The notes beneath the pieces are model-generated. The model was not told where the DNA came from, did no database searches, and was given only the letters and a program-made list of their open reading frames with translations. Below are positions 13,206-27,177 of a DNA stretch of 64,000 bases, one piece after another. Origin of the DNA: Tubiluchus corallicola (Eukaryota; Animalia; Priapulida); the NCBI GenBank assembly GCA_030141605.1, contig JAQGDQ010000014.1, positions 496,001 through 560,000 on the forward strand, written 5' to 3'. Within the stretch, counting starts at the first letter, position 1. Every line of letters starts with the position of its first letter. Position numbers and translations under genes: made by a program.

Positions 13206-14878
13206 TCAATTCTAACTTTATTTCTCAAATTTATTTCTCTGTGTGCCTCATAAGTGAGTCACATACATTATACAAGCATAATATTTACGTTCTTTTACTC
13301 GTAAAAATAGCTCTTAAAATGTTGCTAAGTTGCTTAACGTTGCAAAAAATGATTATGACTTGATATTTACGAATATCTTATCTGATTAAATTTATCAGAG
13401 AGGAGTGAGGAAACTATACGGAAAAGACTTTGATAAAGAGGGTCTCATAAAATTTTTCAAAGAGTATTCCAGATTCTCACCAATTGTCATGCTTTTATCA
13501 ACAGGTGTTCCATTACGTGTTTTGACCCCCCCCTCCCATTACAAGCTCATACATATATAAGTTTGATCTGAAGATAATCTGCTTTAATTATCCTTTCTTT
13601 TTTTATTTTCTATAACTTTGCTATAATATCGTCAACAGTTGTTTTACCTTCGGCAAAGGGCTTACACTCTCCACAAGGTAAAATCTTTTGCTATAATGTC
13701 GCTAACAGCCGACATTAAACAGCCGTTGATGATATTATACAGTTGCAAAAAAATAAAAATTGACGATTAAGCAAGCAATGTTACTTACGTCAAAAATTAA
13801 TTAAAAATAGATCAGATTGTGCGGCAGGGATTGCAAACACTTAATGAAACAGCTATTGACAAAGACACGGTAAATCGCCGGTGATCGATGAGAGGGTTGA
13901 ATATTTTTTGTGAAATTTTACGAGATCCTCTTCAAAAAGTGTGATAGCTCAGTAAACATTCAGCGTAATCAGACGTTTATAGGGGAGTATAAAACCTGAC
14001 ATTTTTTCACCGACACACTTTAAATTGCGTCACTTTTGACGTCTGTTTACATTTAATGAAGAACAGACGTATTTCATTTGCCAAGCAGCTGATAAACAAG
14101 CAGCTGTGTGAGAAGGAACACGTTTCACCTCAACTAGATTGAGGAGTTTCACATATAGCAGAAACGTACCTAATTCTACTGACAAAAGAAAATACTTTAC
14201 TAAGTATAGGAACAAATTATTTTAAATATTTAATATGGCTTCTAAGTTACTTTCGTTCGTCTTTCGGGGTTGATTTCGTACTACGTCTTGACCACGGGTG
14301 GGCTATGATTCTTTTCTGAATCTGAAAAATCATCTGTGATGTGATAGATAGCCTAACTGCAGGGAAATCAAAAGATCCTGGGATGCAGTCTCCATGGAGT
14401 AAAAGATTTTTCAGACTTTCTAAATAGTATTAAACAATTTTTTTCCATGTGAGCGGCACTCTCAAATCATAACACGGAAGTCTTTGCTGAAGTTTGCATG
14501 AGACTGAACACCGAACTCCAAATTCTTATTATGAAATTTTCATTAAAGTGTTCTAAGAAGACAATACTTACCGAATGGCATAACTTTCATGTTTACTTTG
14601 ATTAAGATATTCTCACAGAATTGTGGCCGCCATTTTGAATTTCAAAATGGCCACCAATAATAAACATATCTCTACAAAATGAATGTTGACAAATTTTTAA
14701 ATATAATGTACAAAATAATTATATTAATACGCAGTGCAATAAAAACATAGTTAGTAAACAATGAATAGGTAAATGCAGAATTCTTGAAGAACGTTAACTA
14801 GCGAAATGTATCAATAATTTCATTGTAATTTACGCCTATATAGTAAGCGCTACCAAGACTCATTAAAAGTTCTCGTAT

Positions 14879-15090
14879 AAAGTGGCGTTTACCTATCGTC
14901 GGGAATGCGTATGCGTTATACGGATGCGGAATAGACAAAATCGGTTTATGTTGTTTTCAACGCACTCGCTTATCAGACCTGCGTTATGCGTTATTTTTTC
15001 TGCAGCTAACTAGAGTTTTCTAATGAGTTCCGCAGATGGATAACACATAACGCATACGCAATGCGGATGCTAGGTAAACGAACGCCATTT
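14879..15090. mobile_element. MITE, copy 1 (GCGTTATGCGTTA family)
   Basis: TIR AAGTGGCGTTTACCTA / TAGGTAAACGAACGCCATTT; internal sequence recurs in reverse complement at 50833-51128. Confidence 0.75.
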
Positions 15091-15477
15091 AATACTTGCA
15101 TGTCTGAGCAACCAGATAATTTATATAATGTATTATATATGTATTATCATACATACTGTCATATATATATATATATATAATTTGGTTTAGAGGCAAGAAT
15201 ACAGCCTGTGTAGGACATGCTATGGCAGGGTCATAAATATTATAAACTTTAGTCGGAGATTTCGAAGACCTAGGCTACAGCCTGCCTAGCTTGTAAGTAA
15301 ATCCGACACTGGCAAAATGTTAGCATGATGTAAATTTTTAAGGAATTTTATGACTGAGTGAACAAACTTTTGGGCGGTGTAACTTTCTAGTGAGTATTGT
15401 CAGCTGTTGCATGTGAAATGCAACATTTCATGTACAACATGATTCTACGTGTGCAAATACCTAATATTACTGTTACT

Positions 15478-16755
15478 TAGAGCAGGTTCTACGTTGTTTG
15501 GCACTTTAGGCGAAAACATTTTAGCGCCATACAAACCTTCTCTCACGGACTCCACCCCACCAGCCAATCCCAAAAACATTAATAGTAAGAAAATGCCGTA
15601 ACATTCTAGGGATTTCTGAGCAACCCTTATGTAAATGTAATTCACTAATTTTTTTATTTTGTTTTTAAGTAGTAGGCGACAATTATTGTAAAAAATATAT
15701 TCATATCATTTAACAAAGTTATTAATGACTCATACTATTTTATTATAGTTTACTACAGCTTAGCCCTTTGATTATTTCATGTTGTTTAGAGTTTTATCTT
15801 ATGAACTTTTAAAAATTATAGTGCATTACAAAATATTTTTATATTTATTAAATTTTATCCTTAGTTATCTTACAACAATTTAAAAATATTCCAGATTGTC
15901 CTGACGATGACTTGAAATCAAATCGAAATATTGACAATGAAGTTCTTTATAAAAACGTACAACAGTGTAACACCTGTTTTTGCTGCTTTATTTCGTTGGA
16001 AGGACCATATTTTATCACTTGAAAACGCAAACCACAAAACCATGAAAAAAAATTTATTTCTATTAATTTATAATATAGTACAAAGATATCCGTGTTAAAT
16101 TATGTATTGTAATGTACAATTAAGTGTCATTACCTATTTGCAGTTTGCGTTAATTGAGTTTAAAGCTGATCCCTTTGTCATGCGTCTTCGGGAGAAACAA
16201 AAATTTCTGCGTGTTCTGCTGCACTCTTCATACTCATACTCTTGCAACTGGCTGGGATTCCCTCAGCCTTTTCATCTGGAATTTTTTGACACCCTAACTC
16301 CTCTTTTTCACGTACTTCCATTTCACTAGTTTCATCATATTTGAAACCATTACTGTGATTTGGTTGCAAACACTTCATTACCGACTCGCTTTACTGTTCA
16401 ATGTCGGCCAGGTTTTTTGCCTTTCGCTTCGTATATTGTGCTCTGCCTGAAATGACGTTAGTTTAGGAAGTCAGCTAAATCGAAAGTAGAAAGCAGTTTT
16501 TTGCAGGAAGACAGCACCATGTTGACATGGATGAATCAAACATTTTTGGCATGAAAATAACGCAAAAACTTGTTTCGTTTAATTAAATTGTTGTACACTT
16601 AAAAGTAGTTGCACATATACCTTGTGATTATTTATGGCAAACTTAAACATTAAAGAATGTATATATATATATATATATATATATAAAACTTCTAGAATTA
16701 TATGTTTGGTGCTCTAGGCAACTGTCTAGTTTGCCTAGTTGTAGAGCCGGCCCTG
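15478..16755 (-). mobile_element. non-autonomous hAT element, copy A
   Basis: Ends TAGAGCAGGTTCT and AGAGCCGGCCCTG; 8-bp TSD CTGTTACT/CTATTACC; internal homology to 34871-37488 (TTTCACTAGTTTCAT, CCTCAGCCTT, TTGCRGGAAGACA); minus-strand relic SGRAQYTKRKAK resembles hAT transposase N-termini. Confidence 0.75.
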
Positions 16756-17751
16756 CTATTACCGCTATAATATCAAATGCCGAATTAAATAGTCTGCCTA
16801 GTGCACAATGTGCTGATAAAAGAATTAAAGCATAAAGTACAATAAATTGCAACTCCGAATGGTTTAAATACACAACTCACCTTGAAAAAAAACAAATAGC
16901 CCATATGATTTTTTGCTGATTTCTCCATTTTTGTTTTGTTTTAGTGTTTTAGTCTTGCTGCTGTTTTGTTCTCATTTACTGTGATAATTATTGCAACTGG
17001 AATTCTTACAATTTCTGTGTTAAATTAATTAAGAAAATAGTTATTGTGAGGTTGTTCTTTATTTGATCATACTACATAAAAACTAAAAAGATAGTATTCT
17101 TAAAGGCTCAAGCGTTAGCAGTGTTTTAAAATTTTCTTAAATGTTGCTAAAACAAAACAAAAATATCTGGAATTACAGTACAATAAATTCACCTGTGAAA
17201 CTATGTTATTTTTCAGAATTTATGATTTTTCTAAAAAATTGCTTTCGAAAATATTAGGTCGCAAATTACAGCTATAACAAGTCAACTTCGCCCAGTTTTC
17301 TCAATAAAGCGCGCATAATATCGCAAACCTAGGTGTGTACACGATGGCTGACGATTTAATTAAGAAATCGCGCTGATTAAACGAAAGCGTGTTATTAACT
17401 TCCTTGAATCAGCTTTGGGTTGAGCTGCTTAACTTAACCGCAACAGTATAATGAATTGCAAATCTTGTGAACATGCATTGTCACTTCTCTAGGCGAAGAC
17501 TGTGGTATAATAAAATCTGACAGAAATTTTATATCGCCATTAATGTAGTTGAAGCCTAGATAATTCAGCGGCCGAATGATGTTTCTTTCGTTGATGAAGA
17601 ACGGTTCTTTTGAAATTGTGTTAAAACTTGGGCATATTATATTGGAACGCCAGAACTTTCTTTCGTTTTCACGTTCGTCTTTCTCTCAATTTCTCTCCTT
17701 CATCCCCGCGGGTTCTCTATCTCACCCAAATCCAAAACAATCACTCAAGCT

Positions 17752-17866
17752 CCTCACTCGCTCACTCACTCACTAACTCACTCACTCACTCACTCACTCA
17801 CTCACTCACTCACTCACTCGCTCACTCACTCACCCACCCACTCGCTCACTCACTCATTCACTCACG
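17752..17866. repeat. (TCAC)n tetranucleotide microsatellite
   Basis: Directly visible. Confidence 0.95.
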
Positions 17867-19213
17867 CACTGCGCCAGCTAATGCAAAATTAATCTAACAA
17901 ACACGAAGTTAAAAAATTAGATTATGTAAATGTAATACAATAACTAAAGCAAGAACTTAAGCTATACAGTAGTTTAGTAAATGTATGAAGTTGTTGTTGT
18001 CACTGTGACCGAGCTTCATTAAGTATTCAATAAAAATCGATACAGGTAATTTTCGTAATAAAAAGTTTCACTATCAGTCCCTTCTAGTTCATTACCCATT
18101 ACGACATATAATAGCAGTAACTCGGTCAATGATCAGGCTGAATCCTCGATGCAGCAACGCTTCCGGTGAAGCATTCAGTTTAGAGACACGCAAATGTTTC
18201 AAAACCATTGGATCGACAAGTCATATTATCTGGGGAACTCACCAGTTGGCTGAGCCATTAAGTGGATAAAGTCAGCATTGCATCATCAAACTGTCGCATG
18301 TATTTAGAAATGTAGAGCCTATTAAGTTAATTAGTTAATTCTGCTGTTGAACTAACTTAGATTTAGTTCATTTCACTGATTTATTGATTAGTTAAAACGA
18401 GTCTGTAAAATATCTACTGGTTAAAGAAACATGGAAAACCACTGACGCTGCTTATGTTATTTACAAGTATCTTTTTCTTTCTCTTTCATTTTCTCTTTCT
18501 ATTTCTTGAAAATGGATGCAATAGAAGTTTTCCATATTTACTGAAATAATTGCAGAACAGCAACGGCTGGCTATTGCGAGATTTACGTACTTTGAATTGT
18601 ATTTTATACTGTGAGTTAGTTTTACCGAGTTGAAGTTCATAGCGAAGTCGAAAAAAATCACTTGACTGATTAAAATTCGATTTATTGTCTGTTAACATGA
18701 AAACTAATTGGGAGAAACAAACAAGAGCCGATTTCAGTTGATTAAAGCCGCGTTTATGCTGACTAGACCATTTTCGTGTTTTTAATCTCATGTTTAATTT
18801 TTCTTTGAAATTCAGTGCTTGTGCCTTGTTTGTCTAATTGTAGAATCAGCTATTGTATTTTAGTACATTTGCATAATGTTGTTCATTCTGCCTATCGACT
18901 TTAAATAAAGATTTAGCGTGCTTTTTACACAAAAGTCTCCAGCTTGGCTTTTTGTTGGCGTATGCTTAATATACCTTTTTTACACGGAAGTGCTTTGTCA
19001 ATAAGACTTGGTTAATGTAAGTCTATTATTCTCTTTTGCATGGAAAAACATAATACTCAAAGAACTAAATCGAATAGTTTAATAAGAGAGGTGCAAGGTG
19101 TAGTGTTTCTATTGGTAAATTTTTGTCAGTCAATGTGTTTCGCTGACATCTAAGGCTGCTATTTGCTTTCCCTTATTTTTTTAATTAGTTCACGCCATCA
19201 TTGTCATTAACAC

Positions 19214-19375
<162 letters not shown>

Positions 19376-22300
19376 CTACATCTGCACCAACATCAGCAGC
19401 AGCAGTAGCAACATTACCATAATCACTAAAATGGCTATATAATGACACGAGCCGCAGTTTTACACTGATACTACTGTCGTTACTATGCACTCAGGTTGTA
19501 CGAAGTCATCCGGTTTAGTAAAGATTTCCATTCTTGCCAATTTTTTATTCCTTTATCCAAAATGCTGCTGGCGAGCTACTGGCATATCAATGTTCAGTTT
19601 TTTTCTGAATAAACTGCTATGTTTGCCTATCTCCAAGGCAGATTTCTTTTATTTCAGAATTCTGTTTCCAGTAGACGTAACAAGCGTGGGATGATTCTAA
19701 AAAAATACAACACGTATCAAGAAAAGACGACACGAAAAAATTTATTACCTTAGATGACGACAGGCTTTATCAGTAATGGTGATTTACTTTCGAACAGACT
19801 CATAAAATTAGGTTGTAGTTGACGCAATGATACAGCTTATTACAGAGGGATAGATATTCCAGGTATAGGATTAATATCCGGATAAATTTCTTTACTCGAT
19901 TAATAAGTACTAGTATCAGAAGTGATTGAAGCGGACTTCACTATGGCTACTGCATCGCAAAGGTAGAGCTAAGGCTTCACACTAACAATTGGCAATTTTA
20001 AATTACCAGGAATTGTAATATCGTTATTGCTTGGAAATATTAAATAACTGGGATATTAGGTAACTAGATACGTTATGTTGCAGTAAATTTTAAATGTTCT
20101 TCTACGGGGTTGGGAACAACACGCTTGTATGTGATATATTAACATAGTGCCAAATTTTGCCATACCTAGGATGATTTAGTGGTCAGTCAAAAGGAATGTT
20201 GGAATTAATGTCGTGTAGCAGCATGCATGTCCTTTCAGTTTACCAACAAGTGATCCGTTTATTCATATTATATCCATAACATGTAAGTACATGTGCAATT
20301 TAAACAGTCATTACAACGACGTGCGGTACATGCTCTGTTTGCAGGCGCAAATATGTTGTAGCCGCAGAGCTGGACACTTGCTGCAAGTAAAATGGGTCAA
20401 ATTGTAAATAAGATTTGGACTGGAATAGTAGTATGCTTCTAGTGGAGAGTGGAACGCACAAGAATGGAGTAGGCTGGAGAGAAGTAAAATGGAATGGGAG
20501 TAGGTCGGGTTAAAGTAGAATGAAGTGGACTCAGGGGAATAGGATTGAATAAAGAGGAAACAGTTGTATTAGGCTTACAATTCACATGAAAGCAGAATAT
20601 TAAAGAGTCAGATCTATGGAAGCTTGATGAGAGTTGCTACTGATGCTACCGTGTGACGCGCTATGAGCGAATCTTACGCAAATGAGCAAACTTGATTAGC
20701 TTAGTGATACTGCACTAGTGAAGATCAAGGTATATGCAGCTATGGCTTATTTATTACACATGCATAAACGATTTTTGCATGAAATCCAGGGTTATTTACA
20801 TACTGATCATTACCATTGCTTGCTATACATTGTAACTTCAATCGTATACAGCAAAATTTGGCAGTAGGTAGCTAGTAGCTTACCTTCATAAGTTCAATGA
20901 TTACAACAGCGTTGGAAAAGTAGCAATAAAGAAAAATTAATTGCTTTACTTTTAATAACTCTCATAGATAATCCCGCTATTTAGTAAAATTGAAGCACCT
21001 GCTATTATATAGGCAACATAATATGAGACTGCACATGAAAAAAGCCTCCTGTGCGTATTATTATTTGTATATTTCTTGTGGGACTATCTCAGTTCTTGTC
21101 GAAGGAACTTTCGACAAGGTCTATTCATGATTAATTAGCTAATGAATAGCAGGAGCGATGTGTTGGAGTAATAACGTGTTATGCGTGACAAAACCTTAAT
21201 TTTTATTCCTAGCCAAATGTGGAAATTTTGTTATTAAAGTAGCTTTGAAGCCTCCACTCTTCTAATGCTATAAAAAGATAAAGGAGCTTTGCTTAGTGAA
21301 AATCAAAAATCTGATTAGTTTCTGTAATATAAGCCGGCCTTTAGGTTGTTTTGGTGACTTTGTACATTTAATACATTATACAGGTGTTGACAAATACCAT
21401 CTGCTACGTCAGCAGTGGATTCAAAAGCGTCAAAAACCAAATCGAAATTCAGCTGCAAATCTAGATATCACATCTACACAGCAGTCAGTTCTACATATGC
21501 AGCATCAACTTATGCAGCACAAAACAATGTTATCTGCAGTGACATTAATGTCAGCAACGACAAAAAGCACTAACGAATCTGATTCCTCAAAAAGTGACCG
21601 ATTTGCTTCATCATCACTGTCATCATTACCATCATCGTCATCCTCCTCCTCCTCTCTTCCTCATCATCGGCGTCATCATCAGTAAAATAAACTAAAACAG
21701 CAATGGTTACTGAAGTGGAAATTGTCACAACAACAAAAATCAATACCTGGTAGTAGCTGAAGCGGCAACGGTAATAAAAATGATCTTATCTTTTTACAAG
21801 GTTTCACATGTTTTTCGTGATGCATCATTACTTTTTGGTACAAAGGTTTGTAGTTTAATTGACCTACAAACTTTTCAAAGAGTGAATTATTAACAGTTTT
21901 TCTATATAGCACTGCCACATCAGGTGGGTCAGAAAGTGATTAGTTAACTTTGATGACATTTGCACACTTAGAAAAGGAGCAGGTTTTAAACGACGAAATG
22001 CAACAAGATAACAAGTGTCTCTTCATTGACATTGTTAAGGAGTGGTGAAGTAGTTTTAATAGGTAATTTACGGTTGCCAAGTAGAACTAATTGACATTAA
22101 AGTTGAAGACCAAAGAAGAAGCGAAGACGGCAGTATGTAATTTAGAGCAACGCCGTGTTATTAATTTTCTCTGTTCTGTTTTATCTGTTATGACGGTAAC
22201 CGTATGTTGATCAATTTCGTGTGACGATTGGTTTGATGTGACTCGGCACATTAAATTTGAAATTCATATATAGGCAGGCAATATCTTCGGGGAAGCTTTC

Positions 22301-22380
22301 TGCTAATGCTTCTTATGCATTTAAAATCATTTTCGTTACTGGATTTTCGTACGTTCAAATTAGCGGCGAAGCGAAACTTA

Positions 22381-23667
22381 CATATATTAGAAGGTAGCAG
22401 AATGAGAATTTCCTTTTGCACAGTGGCAGATACTGACATTATTCACGGTACGAGCAAAATATGAAAACGCAAGAAAATTGGATTAGATTTGGCGAATGCT
22501 CTTGTGACAGATTGAGATGCAGCTGTTTGGTTTCTGCAGATTCTGAAAACGATCGTATGCAATAATCACATTCTTTTGAACAATTTTCTTGCTGTATTCT
22601 TGCGCCAGTTTCTCACAAGCAATTAACTTACCGAAAGAACCTTAAGCGACGAGGCATTTTGGATGAAATTCGCCGCTCAATTGTTAGAAAATAACTTTGT
22701 TTGAGTTTTTCGTCAGTACCATTTGAAGAGTAGAACATGCGGTTTTACAAGCAATAAAGTTGCAGTAAAAACACTTTCTATCCGCAACTTCTTTTCGTGG
22801 AAAATTGGCTCTGTCACTTATGAAAAGTTGTTTCGATTCTGTACTGAAATGAATAATTTAATAGTCTTTAGGTCTACCTAGGTTAACGTTACAATTACGC
22901 GGTAGCAATTGTTGTTCGAACAGCTGGTTGTTGCGGTCAAAAATTCTACCTATATTGTTGCGGGTCTGAGTTTTTAGCCCTGTTTTGCGTTCAAATTTTC
23001 AGTCATTCAAAGACCAAGAATAAGCGGGCTGTATGTTTTTTCAAAGTTACTTTAAAGTAAAAACACCTTCGTAAATCAAAATGTAATTTCTGCGTGAAAT
23101 TCACAAATCCTGCTTTGTGATTGGCTAAAATTTAAATACTTTTTTGCCATTGCAAAGTCTAATACAAGTCCCGTACTCTGTTTCCTTGAGTTCGGTGGTT
23201 GCTAAGTGTTAGTTTAAGCGCCAGAAAGGTCAAGCCTACTCCCGCACAAAGATTGTCTCACAGTAACGAAACAACAGCAGGTTTCATGTATCTGATGCTT
23301 TCAACATTTACTTTTTATTTAGCAATTACTAAGTTAGTCAAGACTTTGGACAGGTCTTATGACGCTCTTCAAAGCTGGTAAATGTTTCCCAGGCGTCTGG
23401 TTCGCTAATCTCGTTTCAGGATGTGGCATTCGATTCGAAGCCTCTCGCCTACTGATAGCTCTGGTTCAAACCGTTAAGGGATTATTATAACTACCCTGGC
23501 CCGATGGCAGAACAATATATTGGAAGGTAACAGAAACAATATTTGATTGTGCCTAGTTGCCTGAAGAAAACAATGGCATATATTGACATAATCACGGTGC
23601 GTATCAAACCAGAGCAAAATATGAAAATACGATGGATTAGATTGGGCTATCGTGCGACAGATTGGAA
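22381..23667 (+). repeat. pair of diverged ~140-bp direct repeats (22381-22515 and 23514-23667)
   Basis: Collinear shared blocks ATATTRGAAGGTARCAGAA, TGACAT..TCACGGT, GAGCAAAATATGAAAA, TGGATTAGATT, GACAGATTG. Confidence 0.75.
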
Positions 23668-25836
23668 TGTACTTGTTGGGCTTTATATACACGTAGAAAC
23701 CAAAGAATCATCAATTTCTCAGAAGAGTCTGGAGCTTTATATACAGATTATAGATTAGATGTATATGTGATTCGAATCTGATATGACAGGTCACGTCTCC
23801 TGTAATGTGCAATATTGAATAATTTGGCGCGTTTATCTAGAGCTTCATCGTTTGTCAAACTTCAAAATAATATGAGCAACCTACAATATTATAGTCACCG
23901 CGCGTTGTCCGTTTACAAAGTTTAAAGAGAGGCTGAAGCTATTATGGTAACAACGAATGTGGGCTAAGTTCATCATGTTCCAAGAAATTATTGCTTGTAA
24001 GGACAAGATGGAGTGATTTTCGTTCCTCAACAATGACTTCTATGGCTCGACAACTCCTGTCTGCTTGCAGACTTGCAGCCACCAACGGTAGGTATATAAA
24101 AGCTGTTGCGAAGATCATTAAATCTTAACATTCAATTTTTTATCAGCAGACTAGTAATCAAGATTTTATATGCGCATGCTATAATGAACCTGTAACTTGT
24201 ATAATATATATACGTTAGTCTGAAAATTTAGAAATGTTTCTATTTCATTTTGAAACGAATGTGAAAAATTTCAGAATCAAGTCCTTTAAAGTATCTAACA
24301 TATTCAGTGATTTTAATTTTCGCCCTGTGTCAATATTCTTTGAGCCATAGAAACAAGTGTGAATCTGTTCCCATTTGTTCGACACTTCTGCGAAGTTTGT
24401 CATTTTCTATTTTCACACTTTTCATTATCTTATTGCTGGACTAGTGTATTGGAGCTTTGACCCCCTAATACACTACTGGGCTGTTTTGTCAGCAAATGAG
24501 CATTCGATGAGCTTTGGCTAAGCCTTTCGTGACTTGAATTGAACAAGTTAAGCAATGTTTATGGATGAGTGAACGTGAAGTCTGAAATCAATGCAGCCAG
24601 AGTCATTTCCTTCGGAAGTTTGACAGGATGGTCAAAATGCAACCTAAATCCAACTAAAACGGCTTCTTTGTAATTTTTTAAGATATATTAGGTTTGGCAG
24701 TTCCTTGAGAAATTCGACTAAAGAAAATTGTTTTTTTGAAGAGGCCTTAGAAGATGCCTTGCAAGTCTTTTGAAGGACTTTGCATGTGATTTCCGTCAAT
24801 CGTGTGGGACAACATTGTGTTTTATGTTGAATGATCTATTTACTGATTATCATAAAATCGCCGTATTATCATAAGTTCTTCATAAGTCTTTCGAAGGACT
24901 TTGCATGATACATCCTTCATTCATGTAGGGGGGGGGCAGTATTGAGTTTTAGGTTAAATGATCTGTCCACATTATCATTGTCATACCATTACTGTTGTCG
25001 CCTTTTGCAGTGTGACTGTTCCACGACTTAATCAAATTTTGAATTTAACTATCGCGGGTGTTTTTTGTGTTCTTTAAAACAATCCGGTTCGCCAGTATAT
25101 GCAGCTGAATGGCCAGCATAAAGTTTTCTAATTTCTGCAGAAAAAAATATAGATTTAAAATTGAATTCCAAATCGACTTGAAGAAATGTGTGGCAAAAAT
25201 AGGAAACTCTACAATACTCTTAAATTATAAGGGTTACTAGCTCTCAGTAAGTTGTCTGGTACTTTAGGCTGTTTTATGTTTGAAATCGCTCGACCTTGAA
25301 GTATTATTTGCTGCTAAAAGACAATAGTCAAACGTGAAATTCAGGAACAAATTCTTATTTTGTGTAGGTACATTAGGATGCAGGTAACGCTCTTAGTATG
25401 CATGAATTAGTAGGTCATTTTATGTCCAGTACTTCAGGAGATTGCTTGTTTACAACGAATAATAATAATAATTTGTCGATAAAAACTCCAGGCACCGTTG
25501 TCATTAACATGTCATTTACAATAATTTGTCAGCATTTCTTTGCGTGCGCATTTGAATGCTTCATACGCTCGCTGATTACCTGTCGATCATGTTCTTGCAT
25601 TCGTTATTTGTAATTAATCCACAGGGTTCTCTGAAATACCTTAGAACTTTCTGGCTAGTTGCAACAAAAAGGTCTTTTTGAGGGTTTAAGCTGTCCGATT
25701 GCTTTGATTGAACTGAATGAAAAAGTATTATCCGGGCTCTCCTGCGGAGATAAAGAACAGCGAGTGAAGGGTTTCGAGCTGAGATACAGAAAGCACAACA
25801 ACAGTGTTAAACTACGAACCTCATTAATATTTAATT

Positions 25837-25915
25837 TGTGTGTGTGTGTGTGCGTGTGCGTACGCGCGCGCGCGCGCGTGTGTGTGTGTGCGGGTGTGTG
25901 CGTGCGTGCGTGAGT
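25837..25915. repeat. (TG)n/(CG)n alternating purine-pyrimidine tract
   Basis: Directly visible, includes a (CG)8 core. Confidence 0.9.
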
Positions 25916-26665
25916 GCGTCCACGAGTGTGTGTAACAACAGTTTAAACATCAAGCTTGACAAGCTGACAAAACTCTATACTCCCGCATACAGATCTATTA
26001 AATTAAATTCAACAATTTCTCGACCGATTTGTATGTTATTATCATTATGCATATAGCTGGACGTTTTTGCGATACAAATCAACCAAATAAAAAATTATTG
26101 AATTAAACTGAATTGATTTGAATAGACCTATATGCTTTACAATCACTTTTACTAAATGAATTACGTAAAATAATAGGTTTTGCATGTGATAATCAGATTA
26201 TGTTACACATTTTCCCCTGATATGCCTCTTCCCGTGACTTTCTATATTCGCTTGACAATACGTACGTGGCAGTGCATATAAATATAAGATCACTGACTGA
26301 CTGCCTCGTTCACGTACGACATGATGCTGTGATTTAGGGTAATTAGTGATGAGATAATAATAGCGCATCTTTCCGAATCTCCTGCTGATGGTTAATGTAG
26401 GCGATGTTACGTCTTTTAGTGATCATTCACATGACAAGGTGAAGGTAGTGTCTGAATAGTTCGCACGAGGGTATGAGCATACTGGCAAATCGAAGACAAG
26501 CAAATACGTTGAATAAATTACAGTACTACGTTTGACTAACTGACTAGTTAACTAGTCGACAGGCTAACAGGCTAAATAAATGAGAAAATGAGTGAACTAT
26601 GAGCATAAGTATTATGTCACATCAAAAACGCAACTATCATTAAAAATATTATTACCTCTGTTATG

Positions 26666-27177
26666 ACCATCATCATTATCATTATCATTATGATTGTCAT
26701 TATCATTGTCATTGCCGTTGCCGTTGCCGTTATTGTTGCCGTTGTCGTTACTGTTGCCGTTGTCGTTGTTATTGTCGTTGTTGTTGTCGTTATCATTATC
26801 GTAGCGTTATCATTATAACATTATCATTGTCATTATCACTTTCACTATCACTATCACTACTACTATCACTATCACTATCACTATCACTATCACTATCACT
26901 ATCACTATCACTATCACTATCACTATCACTATCACTATCACTATCACTATCACTATCACTATCACTATCACTATCACTATCACTATCACTATCACTATCA
27001 CTCTCACTATCACTATCACTATCACTATCACTATCACTATCACTATCACTATCACTATCACTATCACTATCACTATCACTATCACTATCACTATCACTAT
27101 CACTATCACTATCACTATCACTATCACTATCACTATCAGTATCACTATCATTATCACTATCATTATCATTATTATTA
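26666..27177. repeat. compound hexamer microsatellite, (TTGYCG)n then (ATCACT)n
   Basis: Directly visible; explains the IVIV/SLSL ORFs. Confidence 0.97.

Noticed and set aside
14629-14651. Perfect palindrome GCCATTTTGAA-T-TTCAAAATGGC
   Set aside because: A short motif of a kind common within invertebrate interspersed repeats; no independent evidence of function.
21296-21685. 129-aa Gln/Ser/His-rich ORF
   Set aside because: Low-complexity sequence merging into (TCA)/(TCC) microsatellite; no ATG start and no recognisable domain.
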